A stretch of 57,952 nt of DNA, counting the filler, from Platydemus manokwari (lineage: Eukaryota): the NCBI GenBank assembly GCA_037951405.1. It is 5 parts of 5 records of this genome, joined end to end, with 100 filler letters (N's around TTAATTAATTAA, not from the genome) between each part and the next. Parts side by side here need not be neighbours in the genome. Positions count along the whole stretch, not along the records: positions 9,417 to 24,650 come from JBBMOY011319204.1; positions 24,751 to 38,989 come from JBBMOY011499194.1; 3 more parts are not named here. One strand, written 5' to 3'. Of the stretch, positions 14,314-27,159 are shown in pieces. How positions within the stretch are numbered: the first letter of the stretch is position 1; each line of letters begins with the position of its first letter. The notes beneath the pieces are model-generated. The model did not search any database. It had not been told where the DNA came from and saw only the letters and a list, made by a program, of their open reading frames with translations. Both the position numbers and the translations under genes were made by a program.

Positions 14314-17300
14314 ATGAATAGGTAATAATTTATTATTCCATTGTATATTCACTTAAAAGAACAATTTAATAGACTTCACAACGAAATAATATTAAAATCG
14401 TTTCAACCAAGTCTTACTATTGATTTTGGGGATGTAATATTTGGAAGATCTGAAATGCAATATTTATATTTAAAAAACGAATTCGAAGATAATCAAGAAA
14501 TTAAACTATTAAAAAATCCTGGGTCAGGCTTCTGTGTATCCGATACCGAGGCAATTGTCAAAGGTTGTAGTAGTTTAAAGTTGGAAATTACCTGGAGTCC
14601 ACTAGCAATCGGGAATGTTTATGAAAAAATAACTTTTAAAGCTGACCGTATTAAACTGGATGTAAAACTTATAGGTTCTGCGATTGAACCAAAAAGTCTT
14701 AAGAAGAAAGTAGGGTTTTTATAATTGTCTATAGTAACTTTGTATTTAGAATGATGAAAAAAAAATATTACGCAAACCTAAACCGAAATTATCTTCTGAT
14801 AATAAGGAAAATGTACTCCCAAACACAAATTTTGATTTTCCAAAAGTAATTCATGTTAGTATATTAATATTATTAATATTAATTTTAACAGCAACAAACT
14901 AATGGGAAACTTGCTATTTTAAATGCCCCAACAGTTAAACAGGATTATGGTAATTGTTTATTTATAAACATTATGAAGTTTTCAATGATTTTTCTAATGG
15001 ATAAATTAATGTTTCTATTAATAATTTTAATGAATTTATTTTTAAAATTTCTATTTTTTAGACATAATTTCGCTTAAAGGTGATATTAAGGATAAATAAA
15101 TATTTAAATAATAAAATAATATTTCAATGACTTTTTTCTTCAGTGATCTTTATTTAACCTTAAAATTTATTGTTGAAAGATTAATGATTTACTTATTCGG
15201 GATAAACCCCCAATATTATCTAACACTCGAAAATTGGTGTTACATCACCATTTTTAATAGATTACTTTTATAGATATTGTAAATAAAATCGTATTTCTTT
15301 GAATCAGTGCTTCAATAATAAAATATAAATCACAAAAATCTGATATTGATACTGAATGAATTTGTGGGAAAGAATGGGCTCTTTATTATCCTTGTAGCTC
15401 ATTGATATCACGTCTATCACCATTATGAACTTTTGGAACGTTGTAATTCAATTCAAAGGCTTAATGCAAGATAATAACATGATTTTTCTGAGAGATTTTT
15501 CACAAACACATGGTCTTATCTGGCTAAGTATTTGTTAAAATTCAATAATTTATTTAAAATATTTGGTAAAAGATTTATTAGTTTCGACACTTGCACTATT
15601 TACTGTTGGAATAATTAAATAAAAATAAAAAAAAATCGATATTTTAAATTTGTTTCCCAATTAATTGTAATTAATTAAATATTAAATTATTATATTATAT
15701 TAATTATTCTATTCAACAATAAATGTTCCAATCAAATATTTAGCTCGTTCATATTCATTTACTTTTGACGATTTATGGTTGACGAATCAGGAAAATTCTT
15801 TTGTCAAATGGTTGAACCATATTTTTACAACCAATGAAACGAAAACGAAATTGGAAGGTTTTTGCTTGGTTTCAAATATTGGAAGATTCGTTGATTAAAT
15901 GCTTTTAGATTTGAATCAAAACAAAGATGAATATAAACGATTGGCGCGTGAATTATATCACAAAACCGATATTGTAAAAATAATTAAAAAAATTGACACC
16001 AAAGTATCCGATGGGGTCGTTGCAATCAAATCTGAATTGCTCTTTCGTTACAATACAGTTGCTCATAATCAATTAATAGATTTGATTATGAGCTACAATA
16101 ATGTATGGTTGTTGTTGGGTCTTGAAATCATGTTTGATCAAGACTTTCATATTGGTTTTACATCAGCTAATATCGAATCGGTTTTACGTAAAATTCTATC
16201 CAATCAAATGTTATGGAGTTCTTCTTTGGCACAGAAACATTCCATGAAAAAGAACACCAGTCTCCTTACGTCACGTGAATTTGAATTAGATCTTCATCGT
16301 TATATCATCAAACGATATCTTTCACTTGTTTATTTTCTCGATGTAGCTAAATGTGAACATGTTTTCCCACAAGATATTAATCTTTTCAAAGAGAAATCCC
16401 CAATCAAATCGTCATCGGAAATGATGACCAAATTCACCAGTTTATTTTTGAAAGGTGAAGGAGCTATTTTGAAAAAACTGAGCACCTGGGGCTGTACAGT
16501 GAATTATGTACAGTCGGCTTTGGATGATTATGATTTTACCGTGACGAATTTGAGCAAAGATATCGTCGATGGTGTTCGATTAGCGTAAGGATATTTTGAT
16601 TGAAATAAATTAACATTTCTATAATAAATTTAACGCTTAACAACAGATAGTTCGATTAAAGGGACAAATATAACGATAATTTAGTACAGTGTCTCTAATA
16701 TCGGACACGCATCATTGATTCAACACACAAATATTGCTTTAATTATTGTTATATTAAATTATTTAATGCCCATTCTTATCAAATAGTGCCGAAATTTTAT
16801 TTTTTCATTTATTTGCATTAGCTAATCCAGTGGTTTTCACACCTTTTTTGTTGCGACCCACTGTTTTTTCGCGACCTCTAGGGACTATAATACAAATAAT
16901 AAAGTAAATTTTTTTTTAATAAAAAAAGCATTTTTTAACACCAAAAAGTTAAAATATATTTAATGATAACAACAATTTGGAATGTTCTAGCATAAAACAT
17001 CAATTCTTAACTCTATTTTGGTGATGGCTGGTCTCAGTACTAATTCCAGATCTTTGTCGAAAATGAAATTTCTCGCGACCCTAAAATTGTTTTCGAGACC
17101 CACTGGTGAGTCGCGCCCTTCTTTTAAAGAACACTGAGTTAATGGATTTATCTATTTTAATTTTCTCATAAATTATTGGATATGAAATTGAAGGAAATGT
17201 CACGAAATATAGATGCAGCTGTTGTGAGATTTTATTATTTCATGACTTGAAACACAATAGAATATTATTTTATAAATAAATGACGATAAAAATGAACGTT

Positions 17301-20300
17301 TAATAATCTTGACGTGATTGATTATTATTTCTAAGCTTTCTATATTCATTGCATTTATAATGAATTTTATCGAATCTAATTAATATTATTTATCTGGGGG
17401 CTAATTTTATTATTCATAATAGGAAGCTCGCCAAAATCTTAGTCAAAATTGATGTGATGAACCAATTACGTTATCCTGCCGATGATCTGAGTAGGAAAAT
17501 TTTCAATATTAATCTAGCTATCGGTGCCTTCAAACAAGCTGGTACAGCAATTGTAACTTATTATGGTGAAGATATCGATATATCTCAAATTCCTTGGGGT
17601 CACCGAGAAAAAACGTTGGCATTGCTTTGGTGTATTTTGTCACGGCATTACATTGATGCTGTTATTGAGAGAGAGAAATTGATACGAGAAATAGAAAAAT
17701 TTGGAACAATGATGACGGTGAATAATCTTTCGAATCAGGATTTATTATTAACATGGGCTGGAATAATTGGCAATTTATATAACATACAAGTTAATGATTG
17801 GTCTGATTTTAATGATGGACGATTGTTATGTTTGCTTGTTCATCATTATTTGCCAGAACATATGAAGTTGAGGGATATTCATCAAGCTTCATCAATCAGT
17901 CCGAGTAGAGATGATCGGGAAATTCTCCATGGTAACGAAAATAAAAATTTTCATATTTTTTGTAACAAAGTATGTTTTGTGGATTATTTTGTACAAATAT
18001 AACGGATAATCCCAAATAGTGTCACCCAGAAATATTTTATTTTATTTCTGCATAAAACAACACAAATATTTTGATAGTTTTTTTCAATTTTTAATTCAAA
18101 TACACCCGATTTAATATTGTCAGTCAAATAATATGGAGTGGGGACACTATTTGGGGGTTATTCGTTAGATTAATATTCAATAAAAGAGCAAATCATTATA
18201 CAATATTCGATAAATATTATACGCATAAATGGTATATTTTGTGAATTATTAGCGTAGTTATAATAATGAATTATTTTCCAACCCACTCAACTTTATTTGC
18301 TTCACGAGTCTCAAAAGGTGATAAAAAAGTTAACTAAAGACGTTTTTAAAATTTAACTAAAAATCGATAAAACCAAAAGGATATTTTAAAATTCATATGT
18401 GGCTGATCTGTGTTTATTGTTCGCCAGTCACATTCAGTTAAACTAGAATTGTAATTCTAACTGTAATTGCTTTTATAAATTACAAAGTAGGTTTTTAAAC
18501 TAACTCAGTCTACCAAACAAATTTGATTAAAAGATAAATAGCAAAATTTAAATGTATAAATTTTCTCTAGTTTATTGATAAATATTATTAGTTATATATA
18601 ATAACGATTGGTGTGAAAATATTCGAGTTCTATTCTAAATGCTAAAAGGTGACTTTATAACATCGATGGCTTCTAATATTTTTAAATTTTCGATTTAATA
18701 TCTATTTTCTGGGAATTATGTTCTTTAGTTCTATTCTAGATTTGTATTGCAATCAAGATTTTGAAATCGTTATTTGTTAATTTTATTTATTAAATAATTC
18801 GAAATAACGATTTTCTTTCTGGTTATTCCATCAAATTATCTTACAGAAGTCCATAGAAAAATATAGATTTAAAATAAAACAACAATTGTTATTCACCAAT
18901 AATTCATGAAAGGAATTCATTGTGATTGGTCTTAACATAATAGATATTACACTTCTGGTATATTTAATGTCTTAATATTAGATTATGTATAATTTAAAAT
19001 TATTATATAAATATCAAAGAAATCATTTCGATTATAGAAATTTAATGGCGCAAATCTCACTATTTTATTTACATATAGAATTTATAATTGCTCTTTGACT
19101 GATAAAAAAGTTGAATATATAATTTTGTAGCTAAGGGAAATTGGAGGTGCTCCTATAATTATGGGAGAAAATGAGATTCCCAGTCAAGATTTAATCATTG
19201 CAACTCTTGCATATTTTAGCAGTCGCTTAATTGATCTAATGAAGTTCCACAAAGCTGCTAATTGCATTCAAAGAGTGTGGAGAAAATATCGATGCTTCCA
19301 TAAATGTCTAAGTCGATATTTGAAATATGAACCAGAAGTGATCATCGTACAGCGTTATATTCGTCGATATTTGTGTTTAAAACATTTTCAAGAGTTAAAA
19401 TCAAAAATCATTTTATGTCAATCTGTAATTAGAAGGTTTTTGGCATTGAAACATTTCCAACAAATCATAAAATCATCAATTCTTATACAGAAAGTGTTTC
19501 GGGGATATTTAGAACGGAAAAGATACTTGCAATGGAAGCAAGCTTCGGTAATTATTCAGAAAAATTATCGTCGATATGCAGCACAAAAAGAATATTTGAT
19601 TATTAGCACCGCTACACAAATAATACAGAAATATGTTCGGGGATTTATTTGTCGATCGAAATATAGAAATTTACGTCAATCAGCAATGGTTATCCAGAAT
19701 TATTTCCGAGGATATATCATTCGTAAACAATATGTGAAATGTATCAAATCGGTTACAATAATTCAAGCCACATTCAGGGGATATTTGGCACGGAGAAAAT
19801 ATTGTATTCAAATGAATTGTATTGTCAAAGTACAGAGTTGTATTCGAAGATATTTGATGGAAAATCAGTATAAAAGAATTAAAAAAGCAACGATAACAAT
19901 AGAAAAATGTGTTAGAGAATTTTTAATGAAGAGACGATTGCAAAGATTAACCATGAGTGCCATTGTTATTCAAAAACATGTACGAGGTTTTATTGTTAAA
20001 AGACGGTTTGACAAAATCAAATTTGCTGTGTCAGTCATAGAAAGGTATTTTGATAGTTATTTACAAAGAAAACGATTCAAGATTTTGAAACAAGCAACGA
20101 TATTTATTCAGAAAAATGTACGCGCAATGTTAGAAAGAAAGAGATTCGTTAGACAAAAACAGTCAGTTATAATTATTCAAAAATATATTCGTTGTTATCG
20201 AGACCGACAACGTTATTTGGCTATCAAATCAGCAGCAATATTCATTCAAAAAACCATTAGAATGGTTGTTGCGAGGAAGAGCTATCAAGAATCTCGAATA

Positions 20301-23300
20301 TCAATTATCAAAATACAAAGTTTTATTCGTGGATATTTGGTTAGGAAAAATATAGATAGGCAAAACAGAGCAGCAATAACGATTCAGAAGCATTTCAAAT
20401 CGTATTTATGTCGTAAGAAGTTCTTGAAATTACGAGAATCTTCAATAATTATACAGAAAAATGTGAGACGCTTCTTGGCGCAGAGAAAATTTACGAAAAA
20501 TAAAGCCTTGATTATTTCATTGCAAAGTTCTGTTCGGAGATTTATTTCAAGAAGGAAGTATGTTCGAACATTGAAAGCTGTGATAGTTATTCAAAAATCT
20601 GTGAGAAGATTTTGCGCAATGAAAAGGTTTAATCTTGCTATAAAGTCTGTGGTTACCATACAGGCCTTTGTCCGAATGTACCAATGTCAGCGGGAATTTT
20701 TGAGATTGAGAACCGCGACCATCACAATACAGAAGAATTTCCGCGGATTTATTGAACGTCAACAGTTGAGTCACTGTAAAGAAGCAGCTGTTATTATTCA
20801 GAAAACATTTCGAGGATATTTGGTGAGGAAACAGATGAATATTAACCATAAAGCTGCTACAACTATTCAAACATATTATCGGTCATTTATCTCACGAAAA
20901 AGATATTTGTCAATGAAGGAATCTGCAATTATTATTCAGAAATACATCCGAGGATTCATGGTGAAAACAAAATATCGAAAATATATTCGATCTATTATTC
21001 TTATTCAAAGTGTGATTCGAATGCATTTTGTAAAGAAGAGATTCCATCAGAAAGTCCAGTCGATAAAAACAATACAGAGGAATGTAAGAGCATTTTTGGA
21101 ACGAAAACATTTTATAGCTTATAGAAGTGCTGTAATTGTCGTTCAAAAATCGGTACGGACATATATTTGCAGAAAAAGATTTCTTTTAATGAAAGAATCT
21201 GCTATTATCATTCAAAAAAATGTGCGACGGTTTTTGATGTGCACTTTATATGAGAAAAAATGTATATCAGCAGTAATTATTCAGAAATATATGAGAGGAT
21301 ATTTAGTCAGAAAGAATATTGCTCGACAGCATCGTGCTGCACTCGTGATTCAAAACTTCTACCATTCGTACTCGATCAGAGCTCATTTTGTAGCATTGAA
21401 AAATGCAACCGTTATCATTCAAAAATATTTCCGAGCATATCGATTGAGAAGGGAATTTATTGATATTCGGAATAAGATTATTCGAGTTCAGACCGTTATT
21501 CGAACATTTATTGCTCAGAAAACATTTCAAAGAAAACGAAATGCTGCGATTTGTATCCAAAAGTATATGAGACGATTTTTCGTTCAGAGAGCTTTTCATC
21601 GAAAAAAGCAATCTATTATTTGTATTCAGAAACATTACCGTCGCTATCGATGCCGACAGTTATATCTTGAGACACAAAAATCGGCAATTATCATTCAGAA
21701 AAATTTCCGCTGTTTCCTACATCGATCGATTTATAACAAACAAAAACACTCGGCAATAATTATTCAGAAATACGTGCGAGGATATTTAGTGCGAAAGCAT
21801 CTTGCTTTACAGCAGCATTCGGCTCGCGTTATTCAGAATTTTTATCACTCATACACCATTCGAGCTCATTTTGTTGCATTAAAAAATGCCACGATTATCA
21901 TTCAGAAATATTTCCGAGCATATCAGGCGAGAAAGGAATTTATTGATTGTCGAAACAGAATTGTCATTGTTCAGAGTGTTATTCGAAAATTTATCGCTGT
22001 TAAACGATTTGAACACACAAAATCTGCAATAATTTGTATCCAGAAATCGATCAAAGGATTTTTGGCTCGTAAGCGTTTTCAACAAATCAAACAAGCGACA
22101 CTGGTCATTCAAAAACATCTACGTATGAGCACAGTACGAAAGGATTTCATCATGAAGAAACAGTGCTGCATCAAGTTGCAAAGTTATTTCCGTGGTCACG
22201 TTTGTTTTGTTCGATTTCAAATCATCAAAAGAGCGGTTATTGTGATTCAGAAACATTTCAAAGGATTCATTGCACGGAAGACATTTATAAAACAGACAAA
22301 ATCGATTATAATAATACAGAAAAATGTTCGCAAATTTATTGCTATGAAGCATTTCAATGTCGCCAAACAATCGGCTATTATCATTCAAAAACATGTCCGT
22401 CGATACCAGTTGTGCAATCGATACCAAACGATCAGAAGATCAGCTATTATCATACAGAAAAATATCAGAAAATATATTGCACTGAAAAATTTTCAGAAAA
22501 TCAAAAGTAGTGCTATCATTATTCAACGATCGATTCGTGGTTATCTGATAAGAAAAGAATATCTGCGACAATTGAAAGCCATTGTCAGATTGCAATCGAT
22601 AATTCGTGGAAAATTAGCCTACAATCAATACCAGAAAATGAGGACAGCAGCGATTTTGATTCAGAAAACATTCCGAGCATATTTAGCACGGAAAAATTTT
22701 GTCCGCCAAAAGAATTCAGTCATGGTTTTACAAAAATCCGTGAGATGTTTTCTTTTGAGAAGACGATTTTTAAGATTGAAAAATGCATCGATAATCATAT
22801 CGAAGCATTGGAAAGGTCTATTGGCTCGAAGATATTATCAGCACAATAAAGAATCCATGAGACTTGAGATACAAGAAATGCACGACAAACGACAATATGC
22901 TTCGATTTTAATACAAGCTACATATCGAGGTTTCGTCAAGAGAAAATCTTACAAACGCATGTACAAGGCTGTTTTATTTGTTCAAATGAGGTGGAAATGT
23001 ATTTTTCAACGTCGAATCCAAGCCGCTGTTACTATTCAGAAATTCTGGCACAACATTAAGCTAAATAGAGCTGCCACCACTATTCAGCGGGTCTGGAGAG
23101 GTCGACAGATCAGAAATCAGTTGAAAACGAAAACAATCGGGCCGGAAATCAATGAAATACGTAGTCGATTTATTGATGCAACTCGACGCTTTTCGAAATT
23201 CAATACCGTGAGATATATCGGTGTCAAATCGCTCGAAGATCTTGTGAAACCCAATTGCACCGTTGCTAAAATCTTAAATTGTTTGACTTCCTTGGGTAAT

Positions 23301-24218
23301 ATTGATTTGTTGTTTATTAAACATTTTTGAAATAAATCTCTAAAGAAAAAGTCACTAGTTTGTCGAGAGAAATATGCAAATGGTTAGTGGATTCGAATGC
23401 TTATGACATTCTCGTCGATTTAATACACGATTGTAATCGTGGAGTTGCCGATCTAGAAGTCGTTTCGAAATCGATTTCAGTGCTTTTCAATCTCGGTAAA
23501 GCCAGAGTTTTGAACTTGGAAGTCATTGGTTCAGAAGTGGGGATATTTTTGAAGGATTTGCTAATCCGTAATGCCAACGCTAAGCGAGGAACAAAGGTAA
23601 AATCGATGGAAATTAAGATGGGTTAATTGGTTGAATGGTAGGGTGTCACGATTTTCTGTCACACTTGTCTTCTGTTGGTTCTTTTGATTAAAATGGAACG
23701 AAAATCCCAAAATACGCTTTCATATTCAATATCAAATGATCCCGTTGTGAAGGGGTCTGTGTTTGAATTGAAACAGAATTTGCAAAATCGATGTGGTAAT
23801 AACTCCAACCACTATTTTTCTTCAGACAAAATCTTTGACCAAATGAGGTGCGCTCTTATTTTTGTTTCTGACATCGATTATCGATATTTTTAGATTAAAT
23901 CCTTCTTGGGATTTGAAGAGAAAAAAAGCCGTAAAATCCATTGTTAAAAGAGGATCAATGAATAGTTTACAGGAGATGAAAACTCGACACCCTTCCAATA
24001 GCAATATTTTCAAGAAGCCTTTTAATCTTCCGGTACCAAACCGAACATCGCGACCTATTGCCATAGCACCACCTGCAACGAAAACCAATTTGAACAGAAG
24101 TTCATCGGTTTCGAAAAACATACAAAGAACTGCTAGCACAGACAGATCACCTAATATTTGGGATATCACTCATCAAATATATGCAATTAATTTATTATGT
24201 AGCACTTTAGATTGTTAA
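14314..24218 (+). CDS. ASPM: Abnormal spindle-like microcephaly-associated protein (ASH domain, two calponin-homology domains, 56 IQ motifs, C-terminal ARM/HEAT-like region); ~2260 aa, 11 exons
   Basis: Exons 14314-14321, 14373-14709, 14750-14845, 14892-14949, 15744-15857, 15909-16584, 17423-17969, 19131-23295, 23346-23596, 23642-23847, 23894-24218 are all GT-AG and in frame (6783 nt). Family motifs: IDFGDV (ASH), WLTNQENSFVKWLN, YNNVWLLLGLE, DYDFTVTNLSKDIVDGVRL, GHREKTLALLW, IQ array, CNRG..DLEVV, IFCHTCLLL, RLNPSW. Confidence 0.95.
16828..17136 (+). mobile_element. hAT-like MITE (309 bp) in ASPM intron 6
   Basis: Termini CAGTGGTTTTCA...TTAAAGAACACTG (CAGTG/CACTG inverted ends), subterminal GACCCACTG repeats, imperfect 8-bp target duplication AGCTAATC/AGTTAATG, and a second copy at ~8560-8827. 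Confidence 0.75.
18002..18165. mobile_element. Tc1/mariner-pogo-like MITE in ASPM intron 7
   Basis: ~27-bp terminal inverted repeats ACGGATAATCCCAAATAGTGTCACCCA / TGGGGACACTATTTGGGGGTTATTCGT, flanked by TA on both sides. Confidence 0.7.
19350..22868 (+). repeat. Coding tandem array of 51 IQ units of 69 nt (23 aa) with a 483-nt higher-order period
   Basis: First Q codon at 19350 and last equivalent codon at 22800 are exactly 50 x 69 nt apart. The RGYLVRK unit recurs at 20331, 20814, 21297 and 21780. Confidence 0.9.
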
Positions 24219-24278
24219 TAATATAGCTTTCGATTTTTATCTTGGCTTTGTTTATTAAATTTTTGGGCTTGAGTTTAA

Positions 24279-24649
24279 AAAAGGAGTCCTTTGACCTACT
24301 TTCGTAATAAAGGATTTTCGCGCATGTGATGATTTTATAACTTAATTTTATATATAATTGCGATATTTGATTTATTCGTATAATTCAGTTAATATCTCAC
24401 TTGTTAGGATGTCAAATTCGGACGAAAACAGTTTTAAAACTTTTTTTAATCAAAACGTTTCCATTTGAACGATTATTTGAGCTTTTTAATTTTAATTTTT
24501 TTAATTAAAAATCGAGTTAGTTAATTACAGACACGTTCCTCTTAAGTACTTAAATAAAGAATTCCAAATGTTTTTAAATAATAAAATTAAAAAACTATAT
24601 AAATTTTTGAAATACACTCAAGTTAAAATTATATTTTAGGACTCCTTTT
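24279..24649. mobile_element. Possible non-autonomous TIR element
   Basis: 12-bp inverted ends AAAAGGAGTCCT (24279-24290) and AGGACTCCTTTT (24638-24649). The right end abuts the gap, so a target duplication cannot be checked. Confidence 0.4.
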
Positions 24650-24650
24650 C

Positions 24651-24750
24651 NNNNNNNNNNNNNNNNNNNNNNNNNNNNNNNNNNNNNNNNNNNNTTAATT
24701 AATTAANNNNNNNNNNNNNNNNNNNNNNNNNNNNNNNNNNNNNNNNNNNN
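24651..24750. other. Artificial assembly linker (N44-TTAATTAATTAA-N44)
   Basis: Same 100-nt six-frame-stop spacer. Confidence 0.95.
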
Positions 24751-25040
24751 TTAAATGATTTGGTAAAACAAAAACTTTAAACAACTAAAAAACATGAATA
24801 ACTTTTGACTCAGCCTAATATATCGATACCGACCTATTTCGTGCATATTTTTGGAAAAACATTTAACATTTATTTTCTATAATTCTAAAACCAAATTGCA
24901 TTATATATTATCACCATCATTATTATATAAAAGGTAAATATTATTAAAACCCAGGGAACAATGTCTTTAAAGTGCTAATGTAATGGGAGATCCATTCACA
25001 TGTGATATTTTTCACAATAAATGTTTAACAAAATATTTTT

Positions 25041-25688
25041 CACTTGGAGGAAAATTATTTTTAAAAAATGTATGAAAATCAATATGATCTCAAGCAAGTA
25101 GAATTGAAATTTAAATTTAAAAATCTGCACAAATTCTTTTATTAATTTTTCTTCAAAAAATTTTGAATTTATTATCTTTGCAATAGTTGACATTATTTTC
25201 GTTTTATATTTTTCCCACTTCTTTAGTAAGATTGAATGTAATCAACCTGAAAACCTTGTCATGTTTCTCATTGTGTTCTTTTAATGTTGTTCCATTCTCT
25301 TAAATTTTGTCTAAGTAAATAAAAACACCACTGTGAATAAAATCCTTGAATAACGCATTCATTAGGCTCTGAAAAGTTTCTGGCACGGTACATAATCCAG
25401 AAGATAGTCTATTAAAATTCTGAAAGCCTTTTTGAAATCTCCATCAAGCGTAACCAGATAATATGCTTGCCTAAATATATCGTGGAGAAGATTTTTGCAC
25501 TATATACAGACTTTAATAACGTTTTAATGTCAATTTGCCGGAAATCTTCTTTACCAATTTGTTTAGAAATTTCGTTCCAAACTATTTTGATCCTTAATTT
25601 CTCTAAGGGCGATTCATATGTATTTGAGAATACACCAGCCAGTCGAACGTCAGAATATTTTATTTGTGGTTTTCTAATACACTTCCAA
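25041..25688 (-). mobile_element. Degenerate Ty3/Gypsy pol (reverse transcriptase) fragment, copy A, internally deleted
   Basis: The minus strand across frameshifts reads IKTLLKSVYSAKIFST / FRQAYYLV / RLSSGLCTVP / TFQSLMNALFKDFIHSGVFIYLDKI*, matching the Gypsy RT motifs FSTxDLxxAYxQ, PFGLxNAPxTFQxxM and YLDD (mutated). Direct duplicate of 25859-26360 (offset 818) and 26843-26967 (offset 1279). Confidence 0.8.
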
Positions 25689-25858
25689 TTGCTCTCATTC
25701 ATTACTGCTATCAATTCACCAGAGTCTCATAACATTTCAATACGTGCACTGTTATAATCAATTGTATTGCGCACTGTCTATCACCTGCTTATTCTTCTTC
25801 TTTCCGTCTACTTTCTTTACTTCTAATCTATCTTTAGTTGATATGTGCCATAATTACT

Positions 25859-26967
25859 CACTTGGAGGAAAATTATTTTTAAAAAATGTATGAAAATCAA
25901 TATGACCTCAAGCAAGTAGAATTGAAATTTAAATTTAAAAATCTGCATAAATTCTTTGACTAATTTTTATTCAATAAATTTTAAATTTATTATCTTTGTA
26001 ATAGTTGACATTATTTTCGTTTTATATTTTTCTCACTTCTTTAGTAGGATTGAATGTAATCAACCTGAAAACCTTGTCAAGTTTCTCATTGTGTTCTTTT
26101 AATGTTGTTCCATAATCTTAAATTTTCCCTAAGTAAATAAAAACACCATTGTAAATAAAATCCTTGAATTTCGCATTCATTAGGCTCTGAAACGTTGTTG
26201 GGGTGGTACATAATTCAAAAGATAGTCTATAAAAATGCTGAGAGCCTTTTTCAAATTTCTATCAATTTGAACCAGGTAATATGCTTGCCTAAATTTATCG
26301 TAGAGAAGACTTTAGTACTATACACAGAGTCTAATAATGTTTAAAGGTCAAGTACCGGAAAACGTTTTGGTCTCTTCGTTTAATTTTCGGAAGTCTAAAC
26401 ACATCCTGTTTGATCCTTCTTTCTGAGCAACCACGACCAAAGAAGAGTTTCAAGTGCTTTTACAAGGAGTTATGATATTACTTTCTAGAGGATTTTCGAT
26501 CTATTCATGAATTTGTCCATCTAAATTTATTGATTGTCTTCTCGTATTTATAGTTTCCACTTTGTTATGATCTTGCGGTTGACCAAATTTGTTAATCCCA
26601 AATGAAACCGAGACCCCTCTAAAATTGAACCATTTTCTTTTATGCACTTATTCAATCGATTATCATTCTTATCAACAATATTCTTTAGTGCCATTTCAAT
26701 TCTGCCTTGGTCACTGTATTTCTTTCTACATCCTTCGCATCAAATTATTCAATTCCTACTAAGTATATTCCACAAGTCTCCATCATATCTACTGACCGAT
26801 AAATCCCGGTGAAATTTCTTTTACCACAATTATTACCATGACTAGAAATTTTGTTCCAAATTATTTTGATCCTTAATTTTTCTAAGGGCGATTCATGTGT
26901 AATTAAAAATACACCAACCAGTCGAACGTCAGAATATTTTATTTGGGGTTTTCCAATACACTTCCAA
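25859..26967 (-). mobile_element. Degenerate Ty3/Gypsy pol (reverse transcriptase) fragment, copy B
   Basis: The minus strand at ~26490-26290 reads LESNIITPCKST*NSSLVVVAQKEGSNRMCLDFRKLNEETK / RFPVLDL*TLLDSVYSTKVFSTINL, the Gypsy RT N-terminus (II.PS.SPW.SP.V.V.KKDG..R.C.DFRKLN). The catalytic YLDD has decayed to YLGK; stops and frameshifts are present. Confidence 0.88.
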
Positions 26968-27111
26968 GCATTTAAATCAATAAAAACTTGATTGATAAAT
27001 GATACTCATATCTAATTGTATTAATTATTAACAAATACGAATCAATATCTACTAAAAATAAATAAGCTTCTATTGGCGTCTACACTGCGCTGCACTGCAA
27101 TTGTTTCATTA

Positions 27112-27120
27112 TTCTTGGAA
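27112..27120 (+). promoter_or_regulatory. Candidate STAT-binding GAS element TTCTTGGAA
   Basis: Matches TTC-N3-GAA, 40 nt upstream of the Mx ATG. It is a short motif that arises often by chance in AT-rich DNA. Confidence 0.25.
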
Positions 27121-27159
27121 TTTTCAAAACAAGTTTAAACAAGAAAATTTATTATTTCG

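Noticed and set aside
20547-22510. Several 67-115 aa ORFs overlapping the ASPM IQ exon (both strands)
   Set aside because: They are shadows of the repetitive coding frame, with no independent motifs.
25290-25714. Apparent CARD/death-fold-like protein (ILIDYLLDY..FQSLMNAL) with a GC-AG intron beside Mx
   Set aside because: The same bases are better explained as frameshifted Gypsy RT motifs, confirmed by RMCLDFRKLN in the duplicate copy.
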